64,000 bases of DNA from a bacterium (lineage in GTDB: Bacteria > Patescibacteriota > Minisyncoccia > UBA6257 > 2-01-FULL-56-20), in the NCBI GenBank assembly GCA_027310625.1, contig DAIDAM010000003.1, positions 2,239 through 66,238 of the forward strand. Reading direction: 5' to 3'. Of this stretch, positions 26,604 through 36,448 are shown piece by piece; the first letter of the stretch is position 1; each line of letters begins with the position of its first letter. Under the pieces are notes generated by a model that worked only from the letters and a program-made list of their open reading frames with translations, made no database searches and was not told the DNA's origin. A program made the translations under genes and the position numbers.

Positions 26604-27093
26604 CGATTACGCTCATCATCCGACGGAGATAAAAGCGACGCTTGCCGCGTTCAGGGAAAAGTTTCCTAAAAGCGAGATTGTCTGCGTTTTCCAGCCGCAT
26701 CAGGCGGAGCGGCTCAAGCTTTTATTCAAAGAATTTCGTAACGCCTTTGACGGCGCTGATAAAACAATAATTATGCCGATTTACAAAGTCGCCGGCCGCG
26801 AATCGTCGGTTAACTCCGAATATGACGCCGCGGCGCTCGTAAAATCAATCCAAAAAATGAAACCGCCGCGGAAAGTTTTTTATCTGAAAGACCCGAAAAA
26901 CTTGAAAAAGGCGCTAAAAATTCTCTTGTCCGATTACTCGCTCCCCTGCCCCCTTCCGCGTAAGTCGGCGTTAAGTCAGCGTGAGTCTGCGTCAGGTCCG
27001 CGTCAGTCCGCGGTCGTGATAATGATGGGCGCCGGCGACATTGTAAATTACACGGATTCACTCATTAAAAAAGACAGGGCCAGCAAGCGCTAG
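26596..27093 (+). pseudogene. murC: murC C-terminal domain in shifted frame (frameshift at AAGTATC x3; alternatively a sequencing or population variant)
   Basis: The frame gives 'VYDDYAHHPTEIKATLAAF...VCVFQPHQ...IMMGAGDI', the canonical MurC C-terminal motifs. Deleting one 7-bp unit restores a single ORF ('...RGKYQVSVYDDYAHHPTEI'). Confidence 0.7.
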
Positions 27094-27115
27094 CCCTTTA
27101 TCCCCGACGCCCCGT

Positions 27116-27345
27116 TCAGAATGGCCGCGACAGATGCGGATGGACGGAAGATTCGTACGACTCGTGGATTGAATCCCAACAGCTTCCGCAGAAGAGAAGC
27201 CCTTCTGGATAGTGCGGGGAAGGCGTCCCACGATCGCAGACATCGTAGTAGTTGCCGCTTCCGCACCCCGCACACCTGCCCTGCTTGGATAGCTTCTTCA
27301 TTCGCCCTATTTCTTCTTTTGAAGGTTCATAACCCCCGAACGTCA
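27116..27345 (-). CDS. small zinc-finger protein (CxxC...CxxC)
   Basis: 76 aa starting 'MTFGGYEPSKEE'. A strong SD 'AAAGGAGGTG' lies 5 nt upstream of the ATG. 'CAGCGSGNYYDVC...CGSCW'. Confidence 0.5.
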
Positions 27346-27516
27346 TAGAACCACCTCCTTTCACGCCCGAGTTAATACAAAAAATATCACAGGAAATATT
27401 TTCTTGCAACACGATTGTAAATTACCTGACTTTGCTGATAAAATGACACAGCAGTAATCAGCAATTAGACATCAGTAATCAGTTGTCGGCAGTCGGTTCC
27501 TAATGTCTAATGACTA

Positions 27517-28326
27517 ATGTCAATTGTCTATCTTACTTATATGTCCGAATACTATTCAACGCCCGAAAGTTTCAAGGAAGCCAACGGATATATTATTGAG
27601 GGCATTTGGTATCCGCGAGTAACAAAAATCGTTTCCATCAAGGCGAAGCCCGCTCTTTACCGCTTTTACGCCGAGCAGGAAAGCTTTGAAGCGAGCAGAA
27701 AAATAACGGAGCAATCGGCGGCCGAGGGAACGCTCGTCCACGAAGCGGCGGAGGCGATTCTCCTCGGACAAGCTCCGGAAATTGACGAGTCAATAAAGCC
27801 GGCCATAAAGGCGTTCCAAAAATTTCTGGAAGAGAAAAATATTCAGACCTCTCCGGAATACGTCGAGCGGCAAATTTTTCATCCCGGACACAGATACGCC
27901 GGAACAATAGACGTAATGGCGCTGATTGACGGAAAATTCGGCGTCCTCGACATAAAAACTTCACAGGGAATTTATCGCGATTACAATTTGCAAACGGCGG
28001 CGTATATGGGCGCGCTCAAAGACCAGTTTCAGCATTTGCAGACAAGATGGATTTTGAGAATTGATCAGATTCAAACCTGTCTCCGATGCGGCGCCACAAG
28101 GAGAACAAAAGGCGGACGCGAAAAGATAAGTTTGTGGAACAAAAACGGCGCGATGAACAAAGAAAAGATGAAAAAATGCGAACACGAGTGGTCAGAGGTT
28201 CGGGGAGAAATAGAATTCAAAGAATTCCCCTACTGGGAAAGCGATTTCGAAGCGTTCTTGGGGGCGAAAAAATTGTGGGAATGGGAAAATGAGAATTGGT
28301 TGCGGAAAATAGGATATTTAACTTAA
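27517..28326 (+). CDS. PD-(D/E)xK nuclease superfamily protein (Cas4/RecB-nuclease-like fold) with C-terminal Cys cluster
   Basis: 'GTIDVMALIDGKFGVLDIKTSQ' gives D...D-x-K after 'LVHEAAE'. C-terminal 'CLRCG...CEHEW'. Not adjacent to any cas genes. Confidence 0.55.
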   Translation: MSIVYLTYMSEYYSTPESFKEANGYIIEGIWYPRVTKIVSIKAKPALYRFYAEQESFEASRKITEQSAAEGTLVHEAAEAILLGQAPEIDESIKPAIKAFQKFLEEKNIQTSPEYVERQIFHPGHRYAGTIDVMALIDGKFGVLDIKTSQGIYRDYNLQTAAYMGALKDQFQHLQTRWILRIDQIQTCLRCGATRRTKGGREKISLWNKNGAMNKEKMKKCEHEWSEVRGEIEFKEFPYWESDFEAFLGAKKLWEWENENWLRKIGYLT

Positions 28327-28336
28327 ATCGGCGAAA

Positions 28337-29455
28337 ATGTTTGACCTTCTTTATTTGGTAACCTATAGAACGGGAGAAATTATCGCCTCAGTGGCGGCAG
28401 TTTTCGTCGCTTTTTCGCAACCGAGCGTCGAAATAATAAATCCCTCGCCGATTTTGGTTCTGCCCGTTCCGACTTCAACCGAGTTAATTGAAACTGCAGT
28501 GTCAACAACAACATCAACGGCTTTAGCTGCCGCCGTTGCTCCACTGTCTTCCCCAAAGCCGGCCCCAACCGCAAGCGTTCCTAAACCAAAGCAATCCTTT
28601 GCCCCCAAACCGGCAACAGTTCAGTCAATTCTTGAAGGAACAACGTTTTCTCTCGGCAAACGCTCCGACGGAACCTACTGGGTTTCTTTGCGTACAGATA
28701 TTGGAAACGGCTCGGGATTTGACTGGGGTTTCAGCGACTCATCGATAGGAGGAAGCGGGTCCGTTCCGCAAATGAAAACGTCTTTTTTATGCGACCCGCA
28801 ATGGATTTCACCGCCGTCCAATTCACCGGACCAAAACCCGATTTTTGATGTAAACACATCTTACAGCTGCAACATCTCGCTCACTGACGCCATGCTGCGA
28901 ATCGCCGAGAAAAAAATAACTTTCAAAACCGAGAACGGCCGATTAGTTGTTAAGTCGTCCAATTTAGGCACCACCCTAAGAAGCGGCACCGACAATAATG
29001 GTTTTGTCTTTGACAACCAAAGCGACTCGCCGATAAACGTCAATGGAATTGTCGTAGACGTTTCTTTCAGGTCGCTTAATACTTCATCCCCTATTGCGCT
29101 TCGTTTTTACAGCCCCGACAACGAGTCGCTTATCTCCGATTTCCAAATTCAAAATAGCCCGCCAGACCCACTCAAGTTAAATTTCAAAACAACCCAGGGG
29201 ATAGTTGTTTCGTTTCCTTTCACGTTTACGGTCAAGCCGCGGAGTCAACGCATGCTGCCGGTGCAGATTCTCGGCGTACAGCCGCTGAACGAGGTAGGAA
29301 TAAACCCTGAAATAGACATTGTGTTGAGACAGGTAAATTACGACAACCAGGGAATAAAAATTTCCTTGGTGTCGCCCGCAATATCGTGGAGCTGCATTCC
29401 TTACGATGCCCTTACTTCCGGAGGAAACCTACCGAACGAAAGCAACTGTCAGTAG
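28337..29455 (+). CDS. hypothetical secreted/membrane-anchored protein with Thr/Pro-rich linker
   Basis: N-terminal hydrophobic anchor, a 'PKPAPTASVPKPKQSFAPKP' linker, and a beta-rich C-terminus. No motif assignment. Confidence 0.45.
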   Translation: MFDLLYLVTYRTGEIIASVAAVFVAFSQPSVEIINPSPILVLPVPTSTELIETAVSTTTSTALAAAVAPLSSPKPAPTASVPKPKQSFAPKPATVQSILEGTTFSLGKRSDGTYWVSLRTDIGNGSGFDWGFSDSSIGGSGSVPQMKTSFLCDPQWISPPSNSPDQNPIFDVNTSYSCNISLTDAMLRIAEKKITFKTENGRLVVKSSNLGTTLRSGTDNNGFVFDNQSDSPINVNGIVVDVSFRSLNTSSPIALRFYSPDNESLISDFQIQNSPPDPLKLNFKTTQGIVVSFPFTFTVKPRSQRMLPVQILGVQPLNEVGINPEIDIVLRQVNYDNQGIKISLVSPAISWSCIPYDALTSGGNLPNESNCQ

Positions 29456-29483
29456 TCACTAGTCCGTCGCCTGTCGCCCGATT

Positions 29484-29645
29484 TACGATTTTAATTCGCA
29501 CTTCTCTATTACTATCGGCGCGTGATTAAACTCGCGGTTAGCAAGATATCCCAGGGCGAAATTTATCGTCGCCACCAAGAAAATCACCACGGCGAAAATG
29601 ATTTCCTTCTTGTAAAAAATAACCCAGTCGCGCAGTTTTTCCATA
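29484..29645 (-). CDS. possible 53-aa single-TM micro-protein
   Basis: 'MEKLRDWVIFYKKEIIFAVVIFLVATINFALGYLANREFNHAPIVIEKCELKS'. Below the ORF-track cutoff and speculative. Confidence 0.25.
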
Positions 29646-29767
29646 TTTCTGATTGTTTATGGCTAGTAGCTAACAGCTAATGGCTAAAGACCAATTACTA
29701 TCATTATATCACAATTGTGACATAATAATAAGTAATAAACTTTTTAATTAAATTTCGTTTTTTATGA

Positions 29768-30241
29768 TTACGAATGGAAAAGTTTTTTACACTCGTCTCG
29801 CATAAAGTCTTTGACGATTTCAATTTTTCCCGGCGATTTCTTTACAATTTCCTTTGAAGATATTTTTATCGTGCGCCAACTATATCTCTGATTGCCGTGA
29901 TTTTTGCCATGGTCGTTCATGTCAGAAACCCTGCTGCCATAAACGATACCATTCAATTTCGCCCATACCGCGGCAGAAGAGCACATCGGGCAAGGTTCGT
30001 GAGTAGTATACAACACACAATCACTCATATGCCTCCGTTTAAGAACTTTACTAGCTTGCAGAATCGCCAATGTTTCTGCGTGGCCGATTGGATTTTCATC
30101 CCTAATGCTGCGATTGCTCGCCGATGAAATTATCCTGTTTCCTCTCGCCATCACGGCGCCGATTGCGTAATCGCCCATCCGCTTCGCGGCTTTAGCCTCG
30201 CGAATCGCTCTTTCCATAAACTTTTTCTGCGGTTTCAGCAT
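29768..30241 (-). CDS. CMP/dCMP-type zinc deaminase (TadA/guanine deaminase-like)
   Basis: 'HAE' and 'PCPMC' zinc-binding motifs in 'PIGHAETLAILQAS...HEPCPMCSSA'. Confidence 0.75.
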   Translation of the reverse strand: MLKPQKKFMERAIREAKAAKRMGDYAIGAVMARGNRIISSASNRSIRDENPIGHAETLAILQASKVLKRRHMSDCVLYTTHEPCPMCSSAAVWAKLNGIVYGSRVSDMNDHGKNHGNQRYSWRTIKISSKEIVKKSPGKIEIVKDFMRDECKKLFHS

Positions 30242-30274
30242 AGTTATCAGTTATTAGTTATTGGTTATTGGTCA

Positions 30275-30994
30275 TCAAAATTTTAAGTACTTCTCCCATT
30301 TTTCATAAAGTTCTTTCGTCGCGTTTAAATCGCCGGCGTTATAGCGCGCTATTTCGGCGTATTTTTTTTCTTTGAAAAGTTTTCCGACATCGTCGCCGGT
30401 TATGCCGCCTGCCTTCGGGCTTGTTATGCCGAAAGCCCTCGTCCAAAGGTGGAGATTGCCTTTTCTCCGCACCGCGCCGTAAAAAGAAAGCTGGTCCAAA
30501 AGGTCAACATGGACGGCGTCGAAATTCTGCTGCGAAAAATATCTTCCGCGCATCAAATCTTTTGCGGGCCTGATGCTGTGCACCGCGGAACGGACCATCA
30601 AAAAAGGAATATCGAACGCCCTGCCGTTGAAAGTTATGAAGTAATTGTAATTCTTCGCGATATCCCAGAAATTCCGGAGCATCTCCTTTTCGGAACATTT
30701 TTTAAACGAAAAATTGTTTTCTCTGAAATCGCCGGCGTCGCTCTCCGGCGCCTGAAAATAAACCGCTCCTTCGTTTTTTTCACATTCAAGAACTCCTATC
30801 GCAACAACTTCCGCCGTAAGCGGCGAAAAGCCGAGACGATTTTTCAACTCGCTCAACGCTTCATCATAATCGGCATTGCTCTCCGATTCTTTCCTTATCC
30901 AGCGCGTGAGATTTTCCCTTGTCGCCTCATCAAGAGAATCAAAATCTTCCCCAACTGTTTCTATGTCCAAAACGAGTTTCTTAAAGGTTGACAT
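30275..30994 (-). CDS. RNase H-like 3'-5' exonuclease (PolB-exonuclease-like, YprB/RNase_H_2 family)
   Basis: 'LVLDIETVGEDF' (Exo I, DxE), 'FITFNGRAFDIPFL' (Exo II), 'YNAGDLNATKELY' (Exo III, YxxxD). Confidence 0.7.
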   Translation of the reverse strand: MSTFKKLVLDIETVGEDFDSLDEATRENLTRWIRKESESNADYDEALSELKNRLGFSPLTAEVVAIGVLECEKNEGAVYFQAPESDAGDFRENNFSFKKCSEKEMLRNFWDIAKNYNYFITFNGRAFDIPFLMVRSAVHSIRPAKDLMRGRYFSQQNFDAVHVDLLDQLSFYGAVRRKGNLHLWTRAFGITSPKAGGITGDDVGKLFKEKKYAEIARYNAGDLNATKELYEKWEKYLKF

Positions 30995-31120
30995 TCGTCT
31001 GAATTATATACTATAATCTTTTTTCATAAGTATCCATTAGTATCAACAAATATCGATGAGTATCATCTTTGATATTCGTAGATACTCGCTTCGCGATATT
31101 GATGGAAATTATCTCAAACT

Positions 31121-31393
31121 ATGGCTCACACAAAAAGTGGTGGTTCAACTAAATTAGGAAGGGACTCGGAAGCAAAACGCCTTGGCGTGAAAGTCCAGGA
31201 CGGCATGCCGGTACTTGCCGGACAAATAATAATACGCCAGCGCGGCACCAAATATTTTCCGGGAACAAACGTTTTGAGAGGCGCGGACGACACGCTTTAC
31301 GCCGCGCGCAATGGAAAAGTGAAATTCTACGAAAAGAATAAAACGAGATTTGACGCTTCGCGCCGAAAATCTACTTTTGTGAGCGTGGTGTAA
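31121..31393 (+). CDS. rpmA: 50S ribosomal protein L27
   Basis: '[24 protein letters not shown]...[11 protein letters not shown]'. Confidence 0.95.
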   Translation: MAHTKSGGSTKLGRDSEAKRLGVKVQDGMPVLAGQIIIRQRGTKYFPGTNVLRGADDTLYAARNGKVKFYEKNKTRFDASRRKSTFVSVV

Positions 31394-31404
31394 TGGTATA
31401 GTAT

Positions 31405-31854
31405 TTACTTTTCGGGGCGTAGTATAACTTTCAGTTCCGCAACTATCCCCTTCTTCAGACGGACTTCAATCTTGTGTTCGCCGAGTTCCTTGAGCGGCTT
31501 ATCAAGCTTTATTTCCACTCTTTCGGCGCGCACAAGCCCGGCGCCCCTTAAACCTTTGAGTATCATTTCTTTCGTAACCGAACCGAAAACTTCTCCTGAT
31601 TTTCCGGTTTTTATATCAAATTCCAGATAACGCTCTTTAAGATTTCTTGCGATTTCTTCAAGGCGTTTTTTTAATTCCCTGTTTTCCTTATCCGCTTCCG
31701 CTTTTTCTTTCTCCAGTTCCTTTAAGGAGCTTGGCGTAGCCGGTTTTGCAAGTTTGTTCGGAAAAAGAAAATTTCTCGCGTAGCCGTCAGCAACATTCTT
31801 GACTTCATCTTTTTTGCCGAGATTGCGGACGTCTTCAAGTAAAATTACCTGCAT
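31405..31854 (-). CDS. rplI: 50S ribosomal protein L9
   Basis: '[36 protein letters not shown]'. Confidence 0.9.
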   Translation of the reverse strand: MQVILLEDVRNLGKKDEVKNVADGYARNFLFPNKLAKPATPSSLKELEKEKAEADKENRELKKRLEEIARNLKERYLEFDIKTGKSGEVFGSVTKEMILKGLRGAGLVRAERVEIKLDKPLKELGEHKIEVRLKKGIVAELKVILRPEK

Positions 31855-31957
31855 AATTTTGTTTGAAAATCCTAAATTCTAAATCTGAAATCCGAAACAA
31901 ATTCTAAACACTAAATTCCAAATTGCAAACGTTTGGGATTTGGAATTTGTGATTTGT

Positions 31958-33199
31958 TTAGGATTTAGTGCTTCGAATTTCGGATTTGATAACTTCCAGT
32001 GCCTTGTCCAGCTGGGGGTCGCGTTTGTTTTTAACGTCGTCTTCCGTCATTTTAACCTCGAAATCGGGTGTCAAGCCGCCGTTTTCAAGCGACTTTCCGC
32101 TCGGCAAAACCCAGCGCGCTATCGTAAGCTTTACAGTAGAGCCCTCCGACAGCGGTATAACCTGCTGAACCGTTCCCTTGCCGAAACTTTTTTCGCCAAC
32201 CAGTTTCACTCTCCTGTTGTCGCGGAGCGCTCCGGCGATGATTTCAGAGGCCGAGGCGGAACCGCCGTTTATCAGGACAACAACCGGAACATCGGAAAGC
32301 GCTTCGTTGCCGACAGCGCGGAAATCTTTCTTGCCTTCCTCTTTTGACTCTTCACTCACTATCAAAGCTCCTCTCTTCAAAAACCATCCGCCCAAATCAA
32401 CGGCGACTTCAAGATATCCGCCGGGGTTGTTGCGAAGATCCAAAATTACTCCTTTCGCGCCTTCGGAAGCAAGTTTGTAAACAGCATTGTAGAAAAGATA
32501 ACCGGTGTTCGCGTTGAAACTGTAGAGCTGAATGTACGCCACATTTCCGTCTTTCATTGAAAAATCGAGGGTCGGCACCGTTATCGTGTCGCGGATTATT
32601 TCAAAGTCCTTCGATTTCTCCCAGCCCTCGCGGATTATTGAAAGCGTCACCTTCGTTCCTTGCGGACCGCGTATCAGTCGCACCGCCTCATCAACCGACA
32701 TTCCTTCCGTTGAGGTTGAATTTATCGCAAGTATGATGTCGCCCGCCGTTATCCCGGCCCTCATCGCGGGGGTGTCCTTAAGCGGAGCGACTACGACGAT
32801 GTTGTTTTTCTTTGAACCGATTTCGGCTCCTATGCCGCCGAAGCTTCCCTGAACGTCCTCCTGGAATTTTTTGTTGTCTTTCGGGGAGAGGAAAACGGAA
32901 TAAGGGTCTTTCAGCGATTGAACAAGACCGCTTATTGCTCCGTAGACCTTGTCCTGGGGCGATATTTTGTCGGCTCCGATGTAGCTTTTATTTATCACGT
33001 CCCACGTCTGCCAGAAAGTGCCGAAATTCACGGAGGACGGTTGTCCCGCGGACGTATTGCTGACTTCGGTAACGGTTATGTTTTGCGGGTACATTTTCCC
33101 CAAACTGAAACCGGCGGCAAAACCGCTTCCCAAAAGAGCGGCTCCGGCAATAACCCCCAATCCCCACCAGATCGCTTTGTCCCTTAAAAATTTCTTCAT
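31958..33199 (-). CDS. ctpA: carboxyl-terminal processing protease (S41 family)
   Basis: N-terminal anchor, PDZ region, and 'VVLINGGSASASEIIAGAL' with the catalytic Ser/Lys arrangement. Confidence 0.85.
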   Translation of the reverse strand: MKKFLRDKAIWWGLGVIAGAALLGSGFAAGFSLGKMYPQNITVTEVSNTSAGQPSSVNFGTFWQTWDVINKSYIGADKISPQDKVYGAISGLVQSLKDPYSVFLSPKDNKKFQEDVQGSFGGIGAEIGSKKNNIVVVAPLKDTPAMRAGITAGDIILAINSTSTEGMSVDEAVRLIRGPQGTKVTLSIIREGWEKSKDFEIIRDTITVPTLDFSMKDGNVAYIQLYSFNANTGYLFYNAVYKLASEGAKGVILDLRNNPGGYLEVAVDLGGWFLKRGALIVSEESKEEGKKDFRAVGNEALSDVPVVVLINGGSASASEIIAGALRDNRRVKLVGEKSFGKGTVQQVIPLSEGSTVKLTIARWVLPSGKSLENGGLTPDFEVKMTEDDVKNKRDPQLDKALEVIKSEIRSTKS

Positions 33200-33246
33200 T
33201 GCTCTCTATTCAAACGCAAGAACTTAATTGTACACTGCGTGAAAAA

Positions 33247-33798
33247 CTATTGCAAAAAATCCCAGTTCCCCATTTTGAAATATTCCGCACCGCTTCGTTT
33301 CAGAACTGATTCAAATAAATCAATGCTTTCCGGCTCGAACCGCACTTCAAAAGGCGACTCCGTTTTTTTGCGCGGTTGCGCCACCGGAAAGCGGGCGATT
33401 GTAACATGACCGTTGAATTTCCTGGATTCCTGCGCGAATTTTATCCCTTTCTCCGCCATCGCTTTCTCCAAAAATTCTTTAATTTCCAAGAGAATTTGCG
33501 ATGTTTTTTCGCTTGTCGTCAGCCAAATCATCCGCGGGGTTCTTCCGGGAGGGCCGAGCTCGAACCTGTCAAAAACTATTTCCGGCGGTTTGAAATTCTC
33601 CGCCGTTTCGCGGACGGCGTCAGTTATTTTCGGAATTTCGCCGTCATCCTGCGCGCCCAAAAAAGAAAGGGTTATGTGCAAGTTTTTTCCTGCAATAAAG
33701 CGAGCGTGGTCACCGAAGTTAATCTTTACAATTTCACTTTCTACTTTTTTCTTAATCCAATCCGGTAAATCCACGCCCACGAACAATCTTTTCTTCAT
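33247..33798 (-). CDS. thpR: RNA 2',3'-cyclic phosphodiesterase (2H phosphoesterase, LigT/ThpR)
   Basis: Two H-x-T/S-x motifs, 'HITLSF' and 'HVTIARF'. 183 aa. Confidence 0.8.
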   Translation of the reverse strand: MKKRLFVGVDLPDWIKKKVESEIVKINFGDHARFIAGKNLHITLSFLGAQDDGEIPKITDAVRETAENFKPPEIVFDRFELGPPGRTPRMIWLTTSEKTSQILLEIKEFLEKAMAEKGIKFAQESRKFNGHVTIARFPVAQPRKKTESPFEVRFEPESIDLFESVLKRSGAEYFKMGNWDFLQ

Positions 33799-33863
33799 TT
33801 CTAAATGATATTATTTACGGCCGAAAAATTGAAATTTATCGCTAAAAATCATAGAGTTTACGG

Positions 33864-34145
33864 ATGGGGCTTAAGGAAAATTACCTTAAAGAACTCAAAA
33901 AAAGGGCTGCGGAATCGAGAGTTTATAAAAAATATCAGCTCTTCGGACTTGAAATCGCTTCGCTTCTCGGAGACGAAAAACACAAATCGCTTTACATAAA
34001 ACTTGCGAAAGAAAACAACCCGGAAAAACTCTTGGGTATAGCCAAAAAAATCTCTGAAAACAAGAATGTAAAAAACAAAGGAGCGTATTTTATGACAATT
34101 GTTAAGACATCAGTCATCAGACACAAGACACCAGGGAGAAAATGA
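33864..34145 (+). CDS. hypothetical Lys-rich small protein
   Basis: ORF only, AT/Lys-rich. Confidence 0.25.
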   Translation: MGLKENYLKELKKRAAESRVYKKYQLFGLEIASLLGDEKHKSLYIKLAKENNPEKLLGIAKKISENKNVKNKGAYFMTIVKTSVIRHKTPGRK

Positions 34146-34516
34146 GCAAAATAAAATCTTTTCAGGAATTGAAAGTTTGGCAGGACGCGCACAAATTTAC
34201 GATTCTCATTTATAAAATAACAGAGAAGTTTCCCGCCAGCGAACAATTTGGACTAACCCTACAATTAAGACGCTCGGCGTCGTCAATCGGCGCGAACATT
34301 GCCGAAGGATTTGGAAGATATCACTACAGAGAGAAAGTAAAGTTTTATCTAAACGCGAGAGGTTCAGCAGTTGAATCAGAAAATCATATTTTGCTTGCGA
34401 GAGATTTAAAATACACAACAACAATCGAATACGAAGCACTGCATGAGTTAATAAAAGAAATATTGAGAGAATTGAACGGCTTAATAAATTCAACCGGTAA
34501 AACTCGTAACGATTGA
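34142..34516 (+). CDS. four-helix-bundle protein (23S rRNA-intervening-sequence protein family), copy 1
   Basis: 'FQELKVWQDAHKFTILIYKITEKFPASEQFGLTLQLRRSASSIGANIAEGFGR'. Confidence 0.8.
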   Translation: MSKIKSFQELKVWQDAHKFTILIYKITEKFPASEQFGLTLQLRRSASSIGANIAEGFGRYHYREKVKFYLNARGSAVESENHILLARDLKYTTTIEYEALHELIKEILRELNGLINSTGKTRND

Positions 34517-34565
34517 TGTTTTATACTTCTGATTACTGATGTCTAGTTACTGATTACTGATCATC

Positions 34566-35135
34566 ATGGATAAAATAGTCACAATAGAAAATAAAAAGGA
34601 CGAAAAATTTCTTCGCGAGAAAACGAAGAATTTTGACTTCGAAAAATTCAACAGAAAAGAAATAAATTCGCTGGTGGAAGGGATGAGGAAAGCGATGAAA
34701 ACGGCGAACGGCATAGGATTGAGCGCAAACCAAATCGGATTGGACATGCGCGTTTTCGTCGCCCAGATACAAAAAACCGACAGAATAGGCAAGGCGCGGC
34801 ATCTTTCGGCGGGAGAACAGAAATTTTACGCAATTTTCAATCCCGAAATAATAAAATCATCCGGAGAAAAAACGAAATCAGAGGAAGGATGTTTGAGCAT
34901 TCCCGGCTTTTATGGCGAAGTTGAAAGACCGGAGAAAATAACACTTGTCGGCATGGATAAAAACGGAAGGAAAATAAAAATAAACGCCTGGGGACTGCTC
35001 GCAAGAGTGTTCCAGCACGAAATGGACCACCTGAACGGCAAGCTGTTTATAGATAGGGCGAAAAAAGTTTATCATGTCCCGACTTCCGAGCGGTTAAAAG
35101 AGTATCAAGAATCAAGAAATATGAAGCATGAATGA
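34566..35135 (+). CDS. def: peptide deformylase
   Basis: 'EGCLSIPG', 'HEMDHLNG', 'GIGLSANQIG'. Confidence 0.9.
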   Translation: MDKIVTIENKKDEKFLREKTKNFDFEKFNRKEINSLVEGMRKAMKTANGIGLSANQIGLDMRVFVAQIQKTDRIGKARHLSAGEQKFYAIFNPEIIKSSGEKTKSEEGCLSIPGFYGEVERPEKITLVGMDKNGRKIKINAWGLLARVFQHEMDHLNGKLFIDRAKKVYHVPTSERLKEYQESRNMKHE

Positions 35136-35514
35136 AAATTCCAAAAAAATAAAAAATTTTACAGACCTGATTGCTTGGCAGGAAGCCCAAAAATTGATCC
35201 TGAGAATATACAAAATAACCAAAAATTTTCCGAGAGAAGAGCGATATTCTTTAACAGACCAAATAAGAAGAGCAGCAATTTCTGTTACGTCAAATATAGC
35301 TGAAGGATTCTCACGTAATTCCTACAAAGAAAAAATTTATTTCTATTCCATAGCGCAAGGTTCTTTAACAGAATTGCAGAATCAACTAATTCTCAGCAAA
35401 GATCTTGGATACCTCTCTAATAGTGATTTTGATGAAATTTTTGCGCACTCTGTTTCAACGCATAAGCTTATAAATGGATTAATAAAAGGAGCAAGAAAGA
35501 TTTCTCTTGCATGA
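35128..35514 (+). CDS. four-helix-bundle protein (23S rRNA IVS protein family), copy 2
   Basis: 'FTDLIAWQEAQKLILRIYKITKNFPREERYSLTDQIRRAAISVTSNIAEGFSR'. Its start overlaps the def stop. Confidence 0.8.
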   Translation: MNENSKKIKNFTDLIAWQEAQKLILRIYKITKNFPREERYSLTDQIRRAAISVTSNIAEGFSRNSYKEKIYFYSIAQGSLTELQNQLILSKDLGYLSNSDFDEIFAHSVSTHKLINGLIKGARKISLA

Positions 35515-35524
35515 TTCTTGATTC

Positions 35525-36448
35525 ATGATTCTTAATTCTCGATTTGTTTTCTTCGGCACGCCGGAATTTGCCGCAACAATCCTTGAAAAGCTGATAAGTT
35601 CCGGATTTGTTCCGGAGGCGGTTGTCTGCAACCCCGACCGCCCCGTCGGCAGGAAGAAGGTTATCACTCCCCCGCCGGTGAAACTGCTAATTATGAAGCA
35701 GGAAGCAAGAATCAAGAAGCAAGTTAAAATTTTTCAGCCAGAAAAATTAGATAAACAATTTCTTGATTCATTATTCTTGATTCATGATTCTTTTGATTTT
35801 TTTGTCGTTGCCGCCTATTCCCAAATTCTCCCTAAAGAAATAATCGAAATACCGCGGCTCGGAACAATCGGCGTCCATCCTTCGCTTCTGCCGAAATACC
35901 GCGGCGCCTCCCCCATCCAAGGCGCGATACTGAACGGAGAAAAGGAAACAGGCGTAACGCTTTATTTGATGGACGAGAAAACGGACCATGGGAAAATAGT
36001 ATCAAGTATCAGGTATCAAGTATCAGGGAATGAGAATTACAAAACATTGGAAAAAGAACTTGCGGAACTCGCGGGAAATCTGCTTGTGGAAACGTTGCCG
36101 AAATTCATCAAAGGAGAAATAAAACCCGTGCCGCAGGACGAATCAAAGGCGACCTACACGAAAAAATTCACGACTGAAGACGCGTTCATTGATGAAAAAA
36201 CTCTGGAAGAAGCGCTAAACGGAGAAAATGAAGAAACGGCTGAAAAAATCTATCGCAAAATTCTGGCTCTCAATCCCGAGCCGGGAACATGGACGTATGC
36301 GCGAGCACTGGAACATTCCAACGTTCTTGAGAATGTTGGAATGTCGTCTTCCGGCAAACGGATTAAGATTTTGGAGGCAAAAATTGAAAACGGAAAACTT
36401 GTTCTGAAAAAAATCCAGATTGAAGGAGAAAAACCCAAAGCCGTTTAG
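35525..36448 (+). CDS. fmt: methionyl-tRNA formyltransferase
   Basis: 'VFFGTPEFAATILEKL', 'NPDRPVGRKK', 'GVHPSLLPKYRGASPIQ'. Contains short in-frame repeat words (aagaatcaagaagcaag; agtatcaagtatcaggtatcaagtatcag). Confidence 0.9.
   Translation: MILNSRFVFFGTPEFAATILEKLISSGFVPEAVVCNPDRPVGRKKVITPPPVKLLIMKQEARIKKQVKIFQPEKLDKQFLDSLFLIHDSFDFFVVAAYSQILPKEIIEIPRLGTIGVHPSLLPKYRGASPIQGAILNGEKETGVTLYLMDEKTDHGKIVSSIRYQVSGNENYKTLEKELAELAGNLLVETLPKFIKGEIKPVPQDESKATYTKKFTTEDAFIDEKTLEEALNGENEETAEKIYRKILALNPEPGTWTYARALEHSNVLENVGMSSSGKRIKILEAKIENGKLVLKKIQIEGEKPKAV

Noticed and set aside
29484-29645. 53-aa minus-strand micro-ORF
   Set aside because: Retained only as a low-confidence feature. It has no RBS as clear as the one at 27350 and no homolog is recognisable.
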